Assembly: GCA_036506735.1 (NCBI GenBank)
Contig: DASXRG010000184.1
Location: 1 to 61,263, forward strand
DNA: 61,263 bases
Source of the DNA: Candidatus Binatia bacterium
Lineage (GTDB): Bacteria; Desulfobacterota; Binatia; UBA9968
Direction: 5' to 3'
Made by a program: the position numbers and the translations under genes. Below the pieces are notes generated by a model. That model saw only the letters and a program-made list of their open reading frames with translations, searched no databases and was not told the origin of the DNA. Within the stretch, counting starts at the first letter, position 1. Every line of letters starts with the position of its first letter. Positions 25,741 through 34,803 of the stretch are shown in pieces.

Positions 25741-26055
25741 CTTTTGATACGCCGTATCTTGAATGATTCGGTCACCCTCGTCATACAACGGTCATACTAG
25801 CGAATTCGCAGTTTCGCAGATTATAATCGGGTAAATAAGGTGAATAAAGGGGAGTGAGCTAGCCCGGATTTTGGCGGACACCATCGGCATGACCTTAGGC
25901 AGCCTTGAGACCGCGACGAGATTGTTTTAGAAGGAACCGAACACGGACATCCAGGCGGGGAGTATGTCGATAAGCGCATCAGTGCATGGTGCGATATGCC
26001 GATGCAGGTCTCGAGCAGACGGCTTGGTTAGGGTCACGCGCCGAGGGAGAAGCCT

Positions 26056-26530
26056 ATGATCGATGTCTATGCCTGGGCCACAATGAATGCCCGCAAGATT
26101 TATATCATGCTCGAAGAGACCGGTCTTCCCTACCGGATCCGCCCGGTTAACATTACCAAGGGCGAGCAGTTCAAGCCGGAATTCCTGGCGATTTCCCCCA
26201 ACAACAAAACTCCCGCGATTATCGACCGCGACGGGCCCGGGGGCGGCGATTATTCGCTGTTCGAATCCGGCGCGATTCTCATGTACCTGGCCGACAAGAC
26301 CGGCCGGTTGCTGCCCGCCGATCCGGCCGCGCGCTCGACGGTGATCCAGTGGCTGATGTGGCAGATGGGCGGGCCGGGGCCGATGTTCACCGAGGCCCAT
26401 CACTTTCATTCCCAGAAAAACACGCCCGACATGGCCTACCCGGCCGAGCGCTACGACAAGGAATCTTATCGACTGTTGAAGGTGGCCGAAAAGCGGCTTG
26501 GCGAATCGAAATATCTCGCGGGCGATTTTT
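26056..26530 (+). pseudogene. Nu-class (YfcG-like) glutathione S-transferase, 3-prime truncated
   Basis: GST similarity (SPNNKTPAIIDRD...SLFESGAILMYLADK...WQMGGPGPM...YLAGDF) stops abruptly at about codon 158. The open frame then continues into unrelated sequence to 26778. Confidence 0.6.
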
Positions 26531-26861
26531 TGACTAAGTTGACTTACTCCAGCAGATGCGGTCATGACGCCCGCGCCGGGATCAAGTCTTCGAAAATTAC
26601 TTACCAATTGTGCCTAACTGATCCAACCCTTGCTCTCGGCCTGCTTCGAATACCAGATCAAAAACGCCGCCAGCACCAGCGGCATCAGAATAAACATCGA
26701 GATCTCGAAGGGACGGTAGTCGACTGTCGAACCGGCCATGCCAAGGTAAGGGATCGTTTGCACAATCACGCCAAGTAGGGACGCGATAAACAAATAGAAC
26801 GCAGCCGACTTCCTGAGCAGGAGCAGAAGGCAGCCAAGCGCGCCACCGAAAACGGCTAACC

Positions 26862-27680
26862 ATGAGCAGTCCAGATACCGACAAAGTCTTTACTGGCTCA
26901 ATTCCGACGCTCTACAATACGTATCTAGTGCCGCTGATCTTCGAGCCCTACGCTGCGGACCTGGCGAATCGGCTGGCTTCGAGATCTCCAACTCGCGTAC
27001 TCGAAATCGCCGCCGGCACAGGCGTCGTGACTCGCGCTTTGGCATCCGCGCTGCCTGAAAGCGTCTCCATCGTCGCCACGGATCTGAATCAGCCGATGTT
27101 GGATCAAGCTTCCGCGCTCGGGACCAAGCGCCCTGTGGAGTGGCGTCAGGCGGATGCCATGCGACTGCCTTTCCGAGACGAAACGTTTGACGCCGTTGTA
27201 TGCCAGTTCGGAGTCATGTTCTTCCCCGAGAAGTCCAAAGCGTTTTCGGAGGCGCGGCGAGTGCTCAGGCCGGGGGGCGTTTTCATTTTCAACGTGTGGG
27301 ACCGGATCAAAGAAAACGAATTCGCGGACACCGTGACGACGGCGCTCGAATCCCTGTTTCCCAACGATCCGCCGCGCTTTCTCGCGCGCATACCCCACGG
27401 CTATTACGACCGCCCGACCATCGGGCGAGATCTTGCAGACGGCGGGTTCACTCGGGCGCCTCAAATCACCACGGTTGCGGCGCGCAGTCGGGCGCAATCT
27501 TCCCGGGTGCCGGCGATCGCGTACTGCCAGGGGACACCGCTAAGAAATGAGATCGAAACCCGCGACGCCTCCCGGCTCGGCGAAGCAACCGACATCGCGA
27601 CGGAAGCGATCGCCCAGCGGTTCGGGCGGGGCGCCGTCGACGGCAAGATCCAGGCGCACATTGTCACCATTGAGAGCTGA
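26862..27680 (+). CDS. Class I SAM-dependent methyltransferase
   Basis: 272 aa. VLEIAAGTGVVTRAL motif I, LRPGGVFIFNVWD motif. Confidence 0.85.
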   Translation: MSSPDTDKVFTGSIPTLYNTYLVPLIFEPYAADLANRLASRSPTRVLEIAAGTGVVTRALASALPESVSIVATDLNQPMLDQASALGTKRPVEWRQADAMRLPFRDETFDAVVCQFGVMFFPEKSKAFSEARRVLRPGGVFIFNVWDRIKENEFADTVTTALESLFPNDPPRFLARIPHGYYDRPTIGRDLADGGFTRAPQITTVAARSRAQSSRVPAIAYCQGTPLRNEIETRDASRLGEATDIATEAIAQRFGRGAVDGKIQAHIVTIES

Positions 27681-27758
27681 CAGTTCGAGCGTAGCGGGGT
27701 CACGCCTGAGTTATCGAACTGCTTCAACAACACCGGTGCGATATTTGGCTCCGAGAAA

Positions 27759-29132
27759 TTATTTCGCGCTAGCTACGGGTTGTCCCGAAATCGCGGCGGC
27801 CGCGACTTTCCGGCCTGTGTTGCGGAGCAATTCTCTGTCGGCCTCGCGGGTTTCCGCCGGCGGAACCCGAAGCGCCGTGTTTCTGCAATAAGTCGCAATG
27901 GGATTTCCGCCGGACGAGACGGCGCGCCTTGGGTCTTTACCGCTCTGCAACGCGCGAATTCCCTCCCGCAACAGCTTCCGAACGAGGGTCACGCCCCGAT
28001 CCGTGGCGCCCAAGTGTTCCAGCGCGTGGACGGCGATCGGGCGCTGGCTCTCTTGCGCCTCGTAGTCCCCCGGCTGGCGTTGACGCTCTTCATGGCTTCG
28101 ACTGATGGACTGCGAGCTTCTCAGCGGGCGCGCGACGGAGCGCTGCTCTCGGTTCTCCGGCGCATAGCGGAACTGATACGCGAGCGTATGGGTGTCATCG
28201 ACCGGAACCGTCCAGGCGGTCATGTACAGTGGACCGAAATCCAGCTCTTCCGTGGGCCGAAAGCGGCTCGGCGCAAACTGGTCGACGTTGGGCATGATGT
28301 AGTCGCCCAGACGCACCCAAACCAAATCGCCGACTCGCCGCGTGTGGATACCGATCACGCCGACCGGGCTCTCCTGCCACTCGAGCACCCTCGAACGAAA
28401 GCCCTCCCGAATCGCCGCAACATCGGCCTCGAATTCTTTGAGCCCGACGTTGAAGTAATCCTCTAAAGGCCCCCCGTTCACGCTCGGACGGTAACGATCC
28501 AGCTTTGCGCGCGCCTCCTCCGGGTCGTGCAGAAATACGAAGTGCGCCTGGTCCGCGTTATTCTCCGCCAACTGCAGCCAGTTGCAGTCATAGATGAATT
28601 TCTCATCCGTTTCTCCGCCGGGCACCATCCGGTAGCCCGGCAGTTCGAATGAATCGTAGATCGGAAATTCGGGCCGGTGCTCCGGGGGCCCCATGTAGGC
28701 GAAGATCAGACCCTTGTACTCGATGGTCGGGTAGGCCCCATGGAAAAATCGATCCTTGAACGTGCTCTCGGGCGGCTCCCCCGGCGTCTCCAGCACTCGG
28801 CCGTCCACGTCGTAGAGCCAGCCGTGATAGCAGCACCGAATTCCGCAGCGCTCGACCATGCCAAATTCCAGCGACGTGCCGCGGTGGCTGCAGTGAAGCT
28901 CGAGAAGTCCGATTTTTCCGCGGCCGTCGCGAAAAAGTACGAGGTCCTCGCCCATGATGCGGATCCGCTTCGGCAGGTCTTTTAGTTCCGCGGTCATCCC
29001 CACCGGATGCCAGAAGCGGCGCAAATATTCACCGCAGGGCGTTCCGGGCCCCACTTCGGTCAGTTCCCTGTCATGCTCCGGGACCTCTCTATGGTAGTAG
29101 CCGCTGAACGGCTCCTTGATCAGCTGCGCCAT
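27759..29132 (-). CDS. Stand-alone Rieske (2Fe-2S) non-heme-iron oxygenase (alpha-only type)
   Basis: Track ORF trimmed to the ATG giving MAQLIKEPFSGYYH, preceded by GGAAGGA. Rieske motif CSHRGTSLE..CCYHGW. Confidence 0.85.
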   Translation of the reverse strand: MAQLIKEPFSGYYHREVPEHDRELTEVGPGTPCGEYLRRFWHPVGMTAELKDLPKRIRIMGEDLVLFRDGRGKIGLLELHCSHRGTSLEFGMVERCGIRCCYHGWLYDVDGRVLETPGEPPESTFKDRFFHGAYPTIEYKGLIFAYMGPPEHRPEFPIYDSFELPGYRMVPGGETDEKFIYDCNWLQLAENNADQAHFVFLHDPEEARAKLDRYRPSVNGGPLEDYFNVGLKEFEADVAAIREGFRSRVLEWQESPVGVIGIHTRRVGDLVWVRLGDYIMPNVDQFAPSRFRPTEELDFGPLYMTAWTVPVDDTHTLAYQFRYAPENREQRSVARPLRSSQSISRSHEERQRQPGDYEAQESQRPIAVHALEHLGATDRGVTLVRKLLREGIRALQSGKDPRRAVSSGGNPIATYCRNTALRVPPAETREADRELLRNTGRKVAAAAISGQPVASAK

Positions 29133-29200
29133 CGTCTCGTCCTTCCGTCCCTTTTCAAAATGGTTGGAGCATCTGTCTATTGAAACGCCTCGTCGCCAAT

Positions 29201-30166
29201 TCAGGTCAGGTGGCCCGCCTCCCGATAATAGCGCGCAGCGCCGGGATGGAGTGGAATCTTCGTCTCCCATTGCCTTGTGATTGGCTGAGTCAGCGTCGAC
29301 GAGTAGGTAAGAAAAGGTATGGGCAGTCGTTGGTTGTGGGTGTAGCTCACGGTGACCGAAGCTTCCTCGATGCGTTTTCTGTTCCGATCAATGCTCTTGG
29401 CAATCTTATAGATAATGCCGTCGTCTACTTCTGCGCGGGTGATCAGGAGGTTATCGGATAGATCGATGGTCAGCAGCGGCTCTTGAATAGACGGCAGGAA
29501 TCCTACGGGAACGATGTTGCGCGCATAACCCTCGCGCTCCAAGCCGGCCATCACCTGCTCCTCGAGCCCGATGAAGCGAAACCCGTTGGCGGCCACGGTT
29601 TGCCAGACGCCTTCTGTCGAGGCATGCCCGATGACCACATCCACCTCTCGGTTTCTGATCTCTTCATCGAGTGCCGTCAAGCCTACACCGACGTGCCACC
29701 ATCGGCCCCCCCAGGCTTCGATGTCCGCCAGCGAGTAGCCGTACCGCCGCAGGATCTGGTTCTCATGCTCGTACAATTCATCCGCGCGGACGCCCAATCG
29801 GACCGCGCGCTTCTCCCGGCCGATCTGTCCAAGATCTTTGACGGGGCACCAGGGCGCCAGAGCGAACAACTGCCGATCCAATCTGGGAAAGCGCGCGACC
29901 GAGCGGAGATTCGTCAACGGTTTTCCCGCCCAGGAACGTTTTCCTTCGTGCGCCCAGCTCGCCCGCGCCGCCGGAAAGACCCAGCCCAAGTCCAGTTCTC
30001 CGCCGGATATCCAATCCAGGCGGTTGAGGGCGGGAGCTATGATCGCAACCGGAGCGGCGCCTTGAACGCTGCGCGCGAACACCTGGGTCATCCTGTACGA
30101 ACCGGCCCATCCCACTCCGATCTTGACGCCCTGAAAGACGACATTGGATGGCAACTCGGTATTCAA
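29201..30166 (-). CDS. TAXI-family TRAP solute-receptor-like protein without an evident signal peptide
   Basis: 321 aa. The C-terminal HPGAARYYREAG is TAXI-typical. The N-terminus runs straight into the conserved core. Confidence 0.6.
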   Translation of the reverse strand: MNTELPSNVVFQGVKIGVGWAGSYRMTQVFARSVQGAAPVAIIAPALNRLDWISGGELDLGWVFPAARASWAHEGKRSWAGKPLTNLRSVARFPRLDRQLFALAPWCPVKDLGQIGREKRAVRLGVRADELYEHENQILRRYGYSLADIEAWGGRWWHVGVGLTALDEEIRNREVDVVIGHASTEGVWQTVAANGFRFIGLEEQVMAGLEREGYARNIVPVGFLPSIQEPLLTIDLSDNLLITRAEVDDGIIYKIAKSIDRNRKRIEEASVTVSYTHNQRLPIPFLTYSSTLTQPITRQWETKIPLHPGAARYYREAGHLT

Positions 30167-30374
30167 GAGTGCTCTCTCTCAGCTATGAAAGCTCGGAACG
30201 TTTTCCCTATAAGTCGCCGTGCGCGCTTCGAACCGAGATTCTAACCGAGATTCTATTGAAGACAGTCATCGATGCCAAACCCCATAGCAGGGCCTGCTTA
30301 GGCCTGTCAAATACGGTTTAGCGGAGTAAAAAACGAATTTGACCGTAAGGGAGAAAGCTGGTAGACGCCGGACT

Positions 30375-31511
30375 ATGAAGAACCTGTCTAACCGCTGCAG
30401 CACGATGTTCTTCACGGCGCTTTTAAGTTCATTGCTGGTCAGCAACTCGCCTGCGCAAACCCAAGAGCAAAGCAGGGATCGGGAAAAAAAATGGCCGGCG
30501 ACGATCCAGGCAGCCAAAAATGAGGGAAAGCTCGTTTACCACTCCGGGAATTCCTCCGAACCCTATTTCCACGAATTTGAGAAAAAGTTTCCCGAGATAA
30601 AGCTCACTCAAATCTTGACGCGCGGGGGAGCCGCGGCAGAGCAACGTTTAATGGCCGAACGACGGGCCGGGGTTTACGTCGCGGACGTTGTGCATCTGGG
30701 AGCGGGATCGGGTTCCGCGTTGGCCAGTGCAGGGGCCCTTGATCCTCTCGAGCCCTATATGATTCTCCCCGAAGTTTTGGATCAGTCGAAATGGTTTGAA
30801 GGGAGACACTATTTCGCCGATAAGGACGGAAAGTACGTTTTCAAGTATGCCTCGAACCCCGGCGCGGACATTTCGTACAATACCAAACTCGTGAATCCAG
30901 GTAACATAAAGTCTTATTGGGATATTCTCGATGCAAAATGGAAAGGAAAGATTGTGACTTACGACCCAGGCGCCCGCGGCTCGCGCCTGTTCAGTTACTT
31001 TTATTATAATTCGGAGCTAGGACCTCGTTACTTGAGACGGCTCTTTGGCGAAATGGAGCTTACTGCCAGCCGCGATCGTCGCCAGATCACCGATTGGTTG
31101 GCTCAGGGAAAATTCGCCATAGCGCTTCGGACCGCTCCGGATGCTTCAACTTTGGATGACGCAAAGGCCCAAGGACTGCCTGTCAATTGGTTTACTCCCG
31201 CACACTTTAAAGAGGCAGTGGCCATAAGCGGCGGGCCGGCTCACATTGCAGTAGTTAACAGGGCCCCTCATCCGAATGCAGCGAAACTCTTTATTAACTG
31301 GTTCCTGTCTCGCGAGGGCCAGCTGATGGTACAAAACATCGCTGCTAAACATGGAGACGGCGTTGACTCGCTTAGAATCGATATTTCCAAGGACATGATT
31401 CCTCCGGGTTATCGCCGAGAGGAGAAAACTAAGTTTTTCGACATGGATGCACCCGAACACGCAAATGACGATCCCGTTTCAAAGCTTATCAATGAGGTGT
31501 GGAAAAAATAG
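30375..31511 (+). CDS. Periplasmic solute-binding protein (SBP paralog 2)
   Basis: The track ORF starts at a TTG. The ATG at 30375 gives MKNLSNRCSTMFFTALLSSLLVSNSPAQT. APHPNAAKLFINWFLSREGQ motif. Confidence 0.8.
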   Translation: MKNLSNRCSTMFFTALLSSLLVSNSPAQTQEQSRDREKKWPATIQAAKNEGKLVYHSGNSSEPYFHEFEKKFPEIKLTQILTRGGAAAEQRLMAERRAGVYVADVVHLGAGSGSALASAGALDPLEPYMILPEVLDQSKWFEGRHYFADKDGKYVFKYASNPGADISYNTKLVNPGNIKSYWDILDAKWKGKIVTYDPGARGSRLFSYFYYNSELGPRYLRRLFGEMELTASRDRRQITDWLAQGKFAIALRTAPDASTLDDAKAQGLPVNWFTPAHFKEAVAISGGPAHIAVVNRAPHPNAAKLFINWFLSREGQLMVQNIAAKHGDGVDSLRIDISKDMIPPGYRREEKTKFFDMDAPEHANDDPVSKLINEVWKK

Positions 31512-31590
31512 GCCGGCTCGTTGATGAGACCGCTCTCAAGGATTTTCCTAGCAGCGGTGAGTATGTGTAAGAAAAGCAAGGAGGCGCGCA

Positions 31591-32649
31591 ATGAGCGAAC
31601 GCCGGATCACTCGCACCGAAGCCCCGATGGAAACGGGTTACGACCAAGCGGTTCGTGACAAAGAAATCCGCAACAAGCGGATGGCGGAAGGGAAAGTAAT
31701 CGTCAAGGGTGACGACTTGCCCTGGGAGCTGAACCGCCAGGGACGGATCAAGTATTTTCTGACCGATCGATCGGAAGACGTCGCGGCCCCCGGCTGGCTT
31801 GTCTTCCAACAGGAGATTCACAAGCACTCGGGCATGCACCGGCATCAAGGCGGAACTTTTATCTTCATCTTGGGCGGCAAGGGATACAGCATGGTAAACG
31901 GCGTGCGCCACGATTGGGAGGCCGGCGATCTAGCCATTTTGCCGATGGTGCCCGGAGGCGTCGCCCATCAACACTTCAATCTCGACCCCGCTGTTCCCGC
32001 CCTTTGGATGAGGGTGGGTTATACCCCGCACAAGCGACTCGTTGTTGCCAACTGGATCGAGCAGCTCGAGGTCAACCCTGATTGGGCGGATAAGAACGGA
32101 TTGGAGGACCGGAAAGTGGCTCCGATAGTAAACCATGCCCGTACGACAGACAGAGATGACTCTCCACGCGGGAACACTCTCTTCGACGCCCTGTTGCGGC
32201 TCCGCGACGAGCAACGAGAGCAGATGAAGCACGCTCGAATGGTCGTTCAGGGGAAATCGTTACCCTTGGAGATCAATCCGATGGGTTTGTTCCGCTGGTA
32301 CGTCCATCCGCACATGAAAGATGTCGGATGTCTCGCCCAGATGATTTACGTGCAGGAGATTCCGGGTGGGAGTCGTTCGGGCAAACAGCTTCATCAAGGT
32401 GGCAGGTTTCATTATGTTCTCGAGGGAAATGGCAGCACCGTCATAGACGGGGTCCGCCATGATTGGGAAGAGAACGAAATTATCCTGCTTCCTCTCAGTT
32501 CCCATGGCGTCGTCCATCAGCATTTTAATGCAGACCCAAACAAACCCGCCAGGCTGCTCGTATCCGAACCCAACCTGGTCCACGTCTGGGGAGTGGATCT
32601 GGGGTCGGGATTAGAGATGCTGGAGCCGGCCCCGGAATACCACGGCTAG
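31591..32649 (+). CDS. Bicupin-domain protein
   Basis: 352 aa with two cupin cores: MHRHQGGTFIFILGG...VAHQHFN and LHQGGRFHYVLEG...VVHQHFN. Confidence 0.7.
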   Translation: MSERRITRTEAPMETGYDQAVRDKEIRNKRMAEGKVIVKGDDLPWELNRQGRIKYFLTDRSEDVAAPGWLVFQQEIHKHSGMHRHQGGTFIFILGGKGYSMVNGVRHDWEAGDLAILPMVPGGVAHQHFNLDPAVPALWMRVGYTPHKRLVVANWIEQLEVNPDWADKNGLEDRKVAPIVNHARTTDRDDSPRGNTLFDALLRLRDEQREQMKHARMVVQGKSLPLEINPMGLFRWYVHPHMKDVGCLAQMIYVQEIPGGSRSGKQLHQGGRFHYVLEGNGSTVIDGVRHDWEENEIILLPLSSHGVVHQHFNADPNKPARLLVSEPNLVHVWGVDLGSGLEMLEPAPEYHG

Positions 32650-32691
32650 AGATCAGACACGAAACATCTTGATTGTGATTTCTAGTAATTT

Positions 32692-32766
<75 letters not shown>

Positions 32767-32787
32767 TCGAGGAGCGGCAGAAGATTT

Positions 32788-32816
32788 TTTATAGGGGATT
32801 GCCGCCGCCTTGTCAA
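32788..32816 (-). promoter_or_regulatory. Sigma-70-like promoter for tRNA-Gly (TTGACA-17-TATAAA)
   Basis: The reverse strand reads TTGACA aggcggcggcaatcccc TATAAA, about 20 nt upstream of the mature tRNA 5-prime end. Confidence 0.5.
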
Positions 32817-32865
32817 TCAATTCCGCCGTCCAGGGAACAATGGGAAGACTCCCGGTTTCACCCTA

Positions 32866-32894
32866 TTGACAAAATACAGGACGGCAAGTACGCT
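32866..32894 (+). promoter_or_regulatory. Candidate sigma-70-like promoter for the RRM gene (TTGACA-17-TACGCT)
   Basis: Consensus -35 and a moderate -10. It would give a leader of about 200 nt that contains a 9-bp stem aggcctttc...gaaaggcct. Confidence 0.35.
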
Positions 32895-33106
32895 TTAATC
32901 GCTTGCCCGGTATTAGGCCTTTCTGGCGCAAGCAATCGTAAAGGGCGAAAGGCCTCTGTGAGTCTCCCTTGTGAACGCGATTAGTGGTTAGAGCAGCATC
33001 CGACCGGAGCCAAGTCCCCACCGTGCGAGCTCTCATGTTCTTCTCCCATCAGTAATCCGTGTCCCAAGGCAAAGACCTTAAATGACGTTCTCAGTTGGAG
33101 GAGAAT

Positions 33107-33460
33107 ATGAGCAATAAGTTATATGTGGGCGGCCTGCCCTATTCCGTGACTGAAGGGAGGCTTGAAGAGATCTTCGCCGAGTACGGGTCCGTAACGTCGG
33201 CCAGGGTTATCTCCGATAAGTTTACCGGCCAGTCGCGCGGTTTCGGCTTCGTCGAGATGAACTCTTCGGAAGAGGCGCAAAAGGCGATCGAGGCCTTGAA
33301 TGGCACCCAATTGGACGGCCGGACACTGGTGGTGAACGAGGCGCGGCCTCAGGAGAGGCGGCCCGGCGGGGGCGGGGGCGGGGGCGGTGGCGGCGGCGGA
33401 GGCGGTGGCAACCGGCGCGGCGGCGGTGGCGGCGGTGGCGGCGGACGCAATCGCTGGTAA
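33107..33460 (+). CDS. RRM-type RNA-binding protein with glycine-rich tail
   Basis: ATG preceded by GGAGGAG. RNP2 LYVGGL and RNP1 RGFGFVEM. The C-terminus contains 14 consecutive Gly, then NRR, then 9 Gly. Confidence 0.9.
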   Translation: MSNKLYVGGLPYSVTEGRLEEIFAEYGSVTSARVISDKFTGQSRGFGFVEMNSSEEAQKAIEALNGTQLDGRTLVVNEARPQERRPGGGGGGGGGGGGGGGNRRGGGGGGGGGRNRW

Positions 33461-33490
33461 TTCCGTCTCTCTAAGCACGCAATAAAAAAA

Positions 33491-33521
33491 GGGAGCGATA
33501 GGTCGGATCGCTCCCTTTTTT
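33491..33521. terminator. Bidirectional intrinsic terminator
   Basis: gggagcgat-aggtcgg-atcgctccc, flanked by an A-run upstream and a T-run downstream. It lies between the convergent RRM and amidohydrolase genes. Confidence 0.8.
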
Positions 33522-33543
33522 GCGTCTTGCGGTGTCCGCCGCG

Positions 33544-34587
33544 TTAAGCTTCCATGTTGTAGAAGCGCTTCCCGTTATCCGAGAGAATTTTTCTCTTGGC
33601 CGAGTCCGGCAAATCTTTTCGCGCCTCGAATTCCCGGATCGCGTCGGCCAGATCGGGCTCGTGCGGATAATCCGAGGCATATAAAAATAGATCTTCGCCC
33701 AACCGTTCAATGGCCGTGGGAAGCATATCTTCCCACAGTTCCGTATGATAAAAGATCTGCCCGCTCTTCATGTAGTCGCTGGGCTTTTTCTTGAGCAGCG
33801 GCGCCTGATGCGCCCGGTTTTTGTATTCCATGTCGAGCCGATCCATCAGAAATGGCAGCCAGGCGCAACCCGCTTCCAGCGAAGCGATCTTGAGCCTGGG
33901 AAATCTCTCCAGCACTCCTTCCAAAATGACACTGGTCAGTTGAATCATCTGGGCGAAGGGATGGGAAAGAGTCCTGGCCTCGATCAACGAACGGAAAAAA
34001 TCGAATCCGAGACCGCGCGATGGAGCGCCGTGAATGGCGAGCGGGGCGCCCAACTTCTCGGCTTCCGTGTACAGGGGATCGAAGTACGGATCGCCCAGCG
34101 GCGTATGAAAGCCGACCGGCGCGATGACGCCGCCGACCATATTCAGCTCTTTCACGCAGCGCTTGAGTTCCTTCGCCGCTTCTTTGATGTCCTGAATCGG
34201 CAGCAGCGCCACGACGTTAAGCCGTCGGTTGTACTTGATGTAACGCTCCGACATCATATTGTTATAAGCGCGACAGACCACGACCGCCCAATCGGGATCT
34301 TGGATGAACCCTTCGGCGAGCCCCGCGGTGGGGTAGATCACCGCCCGATCCAGCCCTTCCCGGTCCAGCACCTCGAACCAGCTTTTGGGATCGTCGGGGC
34401 CGATCACGTAAGGCCGGCCGTCGCCGACGCGGCGCGCCATGCGCTGAAAACCGTCGAGGGTCGGGAAGAAAGGCAGCGAAAGCACTTCTTTTCGGCCGCG
34501 ATAGGGCTCCTCCATAAACTCGGCGATGTCTTGATCCTTCTCAAAAATATGACCGTCCGTATCGACGACTTGCGTGGCCATAGACAT
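33544..34587 (-). CDS. Amidohydrolase_2 (ACMSD/LigW-like TIM-barrel metal hydrolase/decarboxylase) family protein
   Basis: 347 aa. VVDTDGHIFE metal-binding N-terminus, family-typical length. Confidence 0.82.
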   Translation of the reverse strand: MSMATQVVDTDGHIFEKDQDIAEFMEEPYRGRKEVLSLPFFPTLDGFQRMARRVGDGRPYVIGPDDPKSWFEVLDREGLDRAVIYPTAGLAEGFIQDPDWAVVVCRAYNNMMSERYIKYNRRLNVVALLPIQDIKEAAKELKRCVKELNMVGGVIAPVGFHTPLGDPYFDPLYTEAEKLGAPLAIHGAPSRGLGFDFFRSLIEARTLSHPFAQMIQLTSVILEGVLERFPRLKIASLEAGCAWLPFLMDRLDMEYKNRAHQAPLLKKKPSDYMKSGQIFYHTELWEDMLPTAIERLGEDLFLYASDYPHEPDLADAIREFEARKDLPDSAKRKILSDNGKRFYNMEA

Positions 34588-34654
34588 TCCTCCTGCTCCT
34601 AAGCCTTATCCCCTCCCGGTAAAAAACTCAATCATTTCGCTTCGGCGAGGTCGC

Positions 34655-34795
34655 GGCGCCGGGAGCTTCTCTCCGGGCCGATGCGTGAGGACGCGGAAGC
34701 TAAACCGTATCGAGCAGCTCTCTCCGCAGTCATGTCGAGCGTAGTCGAGACGTATCGCATCGGTCCGGAGAAAGACCCCCCGGGCCGGCTCACGA
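34655..34795. repeat. Long structured intergenic element (family D/E), copy D3
   Basis: Arms ccgggagcttctctccgggccgatgcg and cgcatcggtccggagaaagaccccccggg form a long imperfect hairpin. Confidence 0.7.
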
Positions 34796-34803
34796 TCGCC
34801 TCC

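Noticed and set aside
26614-26875. A minus-strand two-TM reading frame as an intact small membrane protein gene.
   Set aside because: It has no ATG, GTG or TTG upstream of the first TM helix before an in-frame stop. It also overlaps the methyltransferase start. I treated it as a gene fragment in the scar finding.
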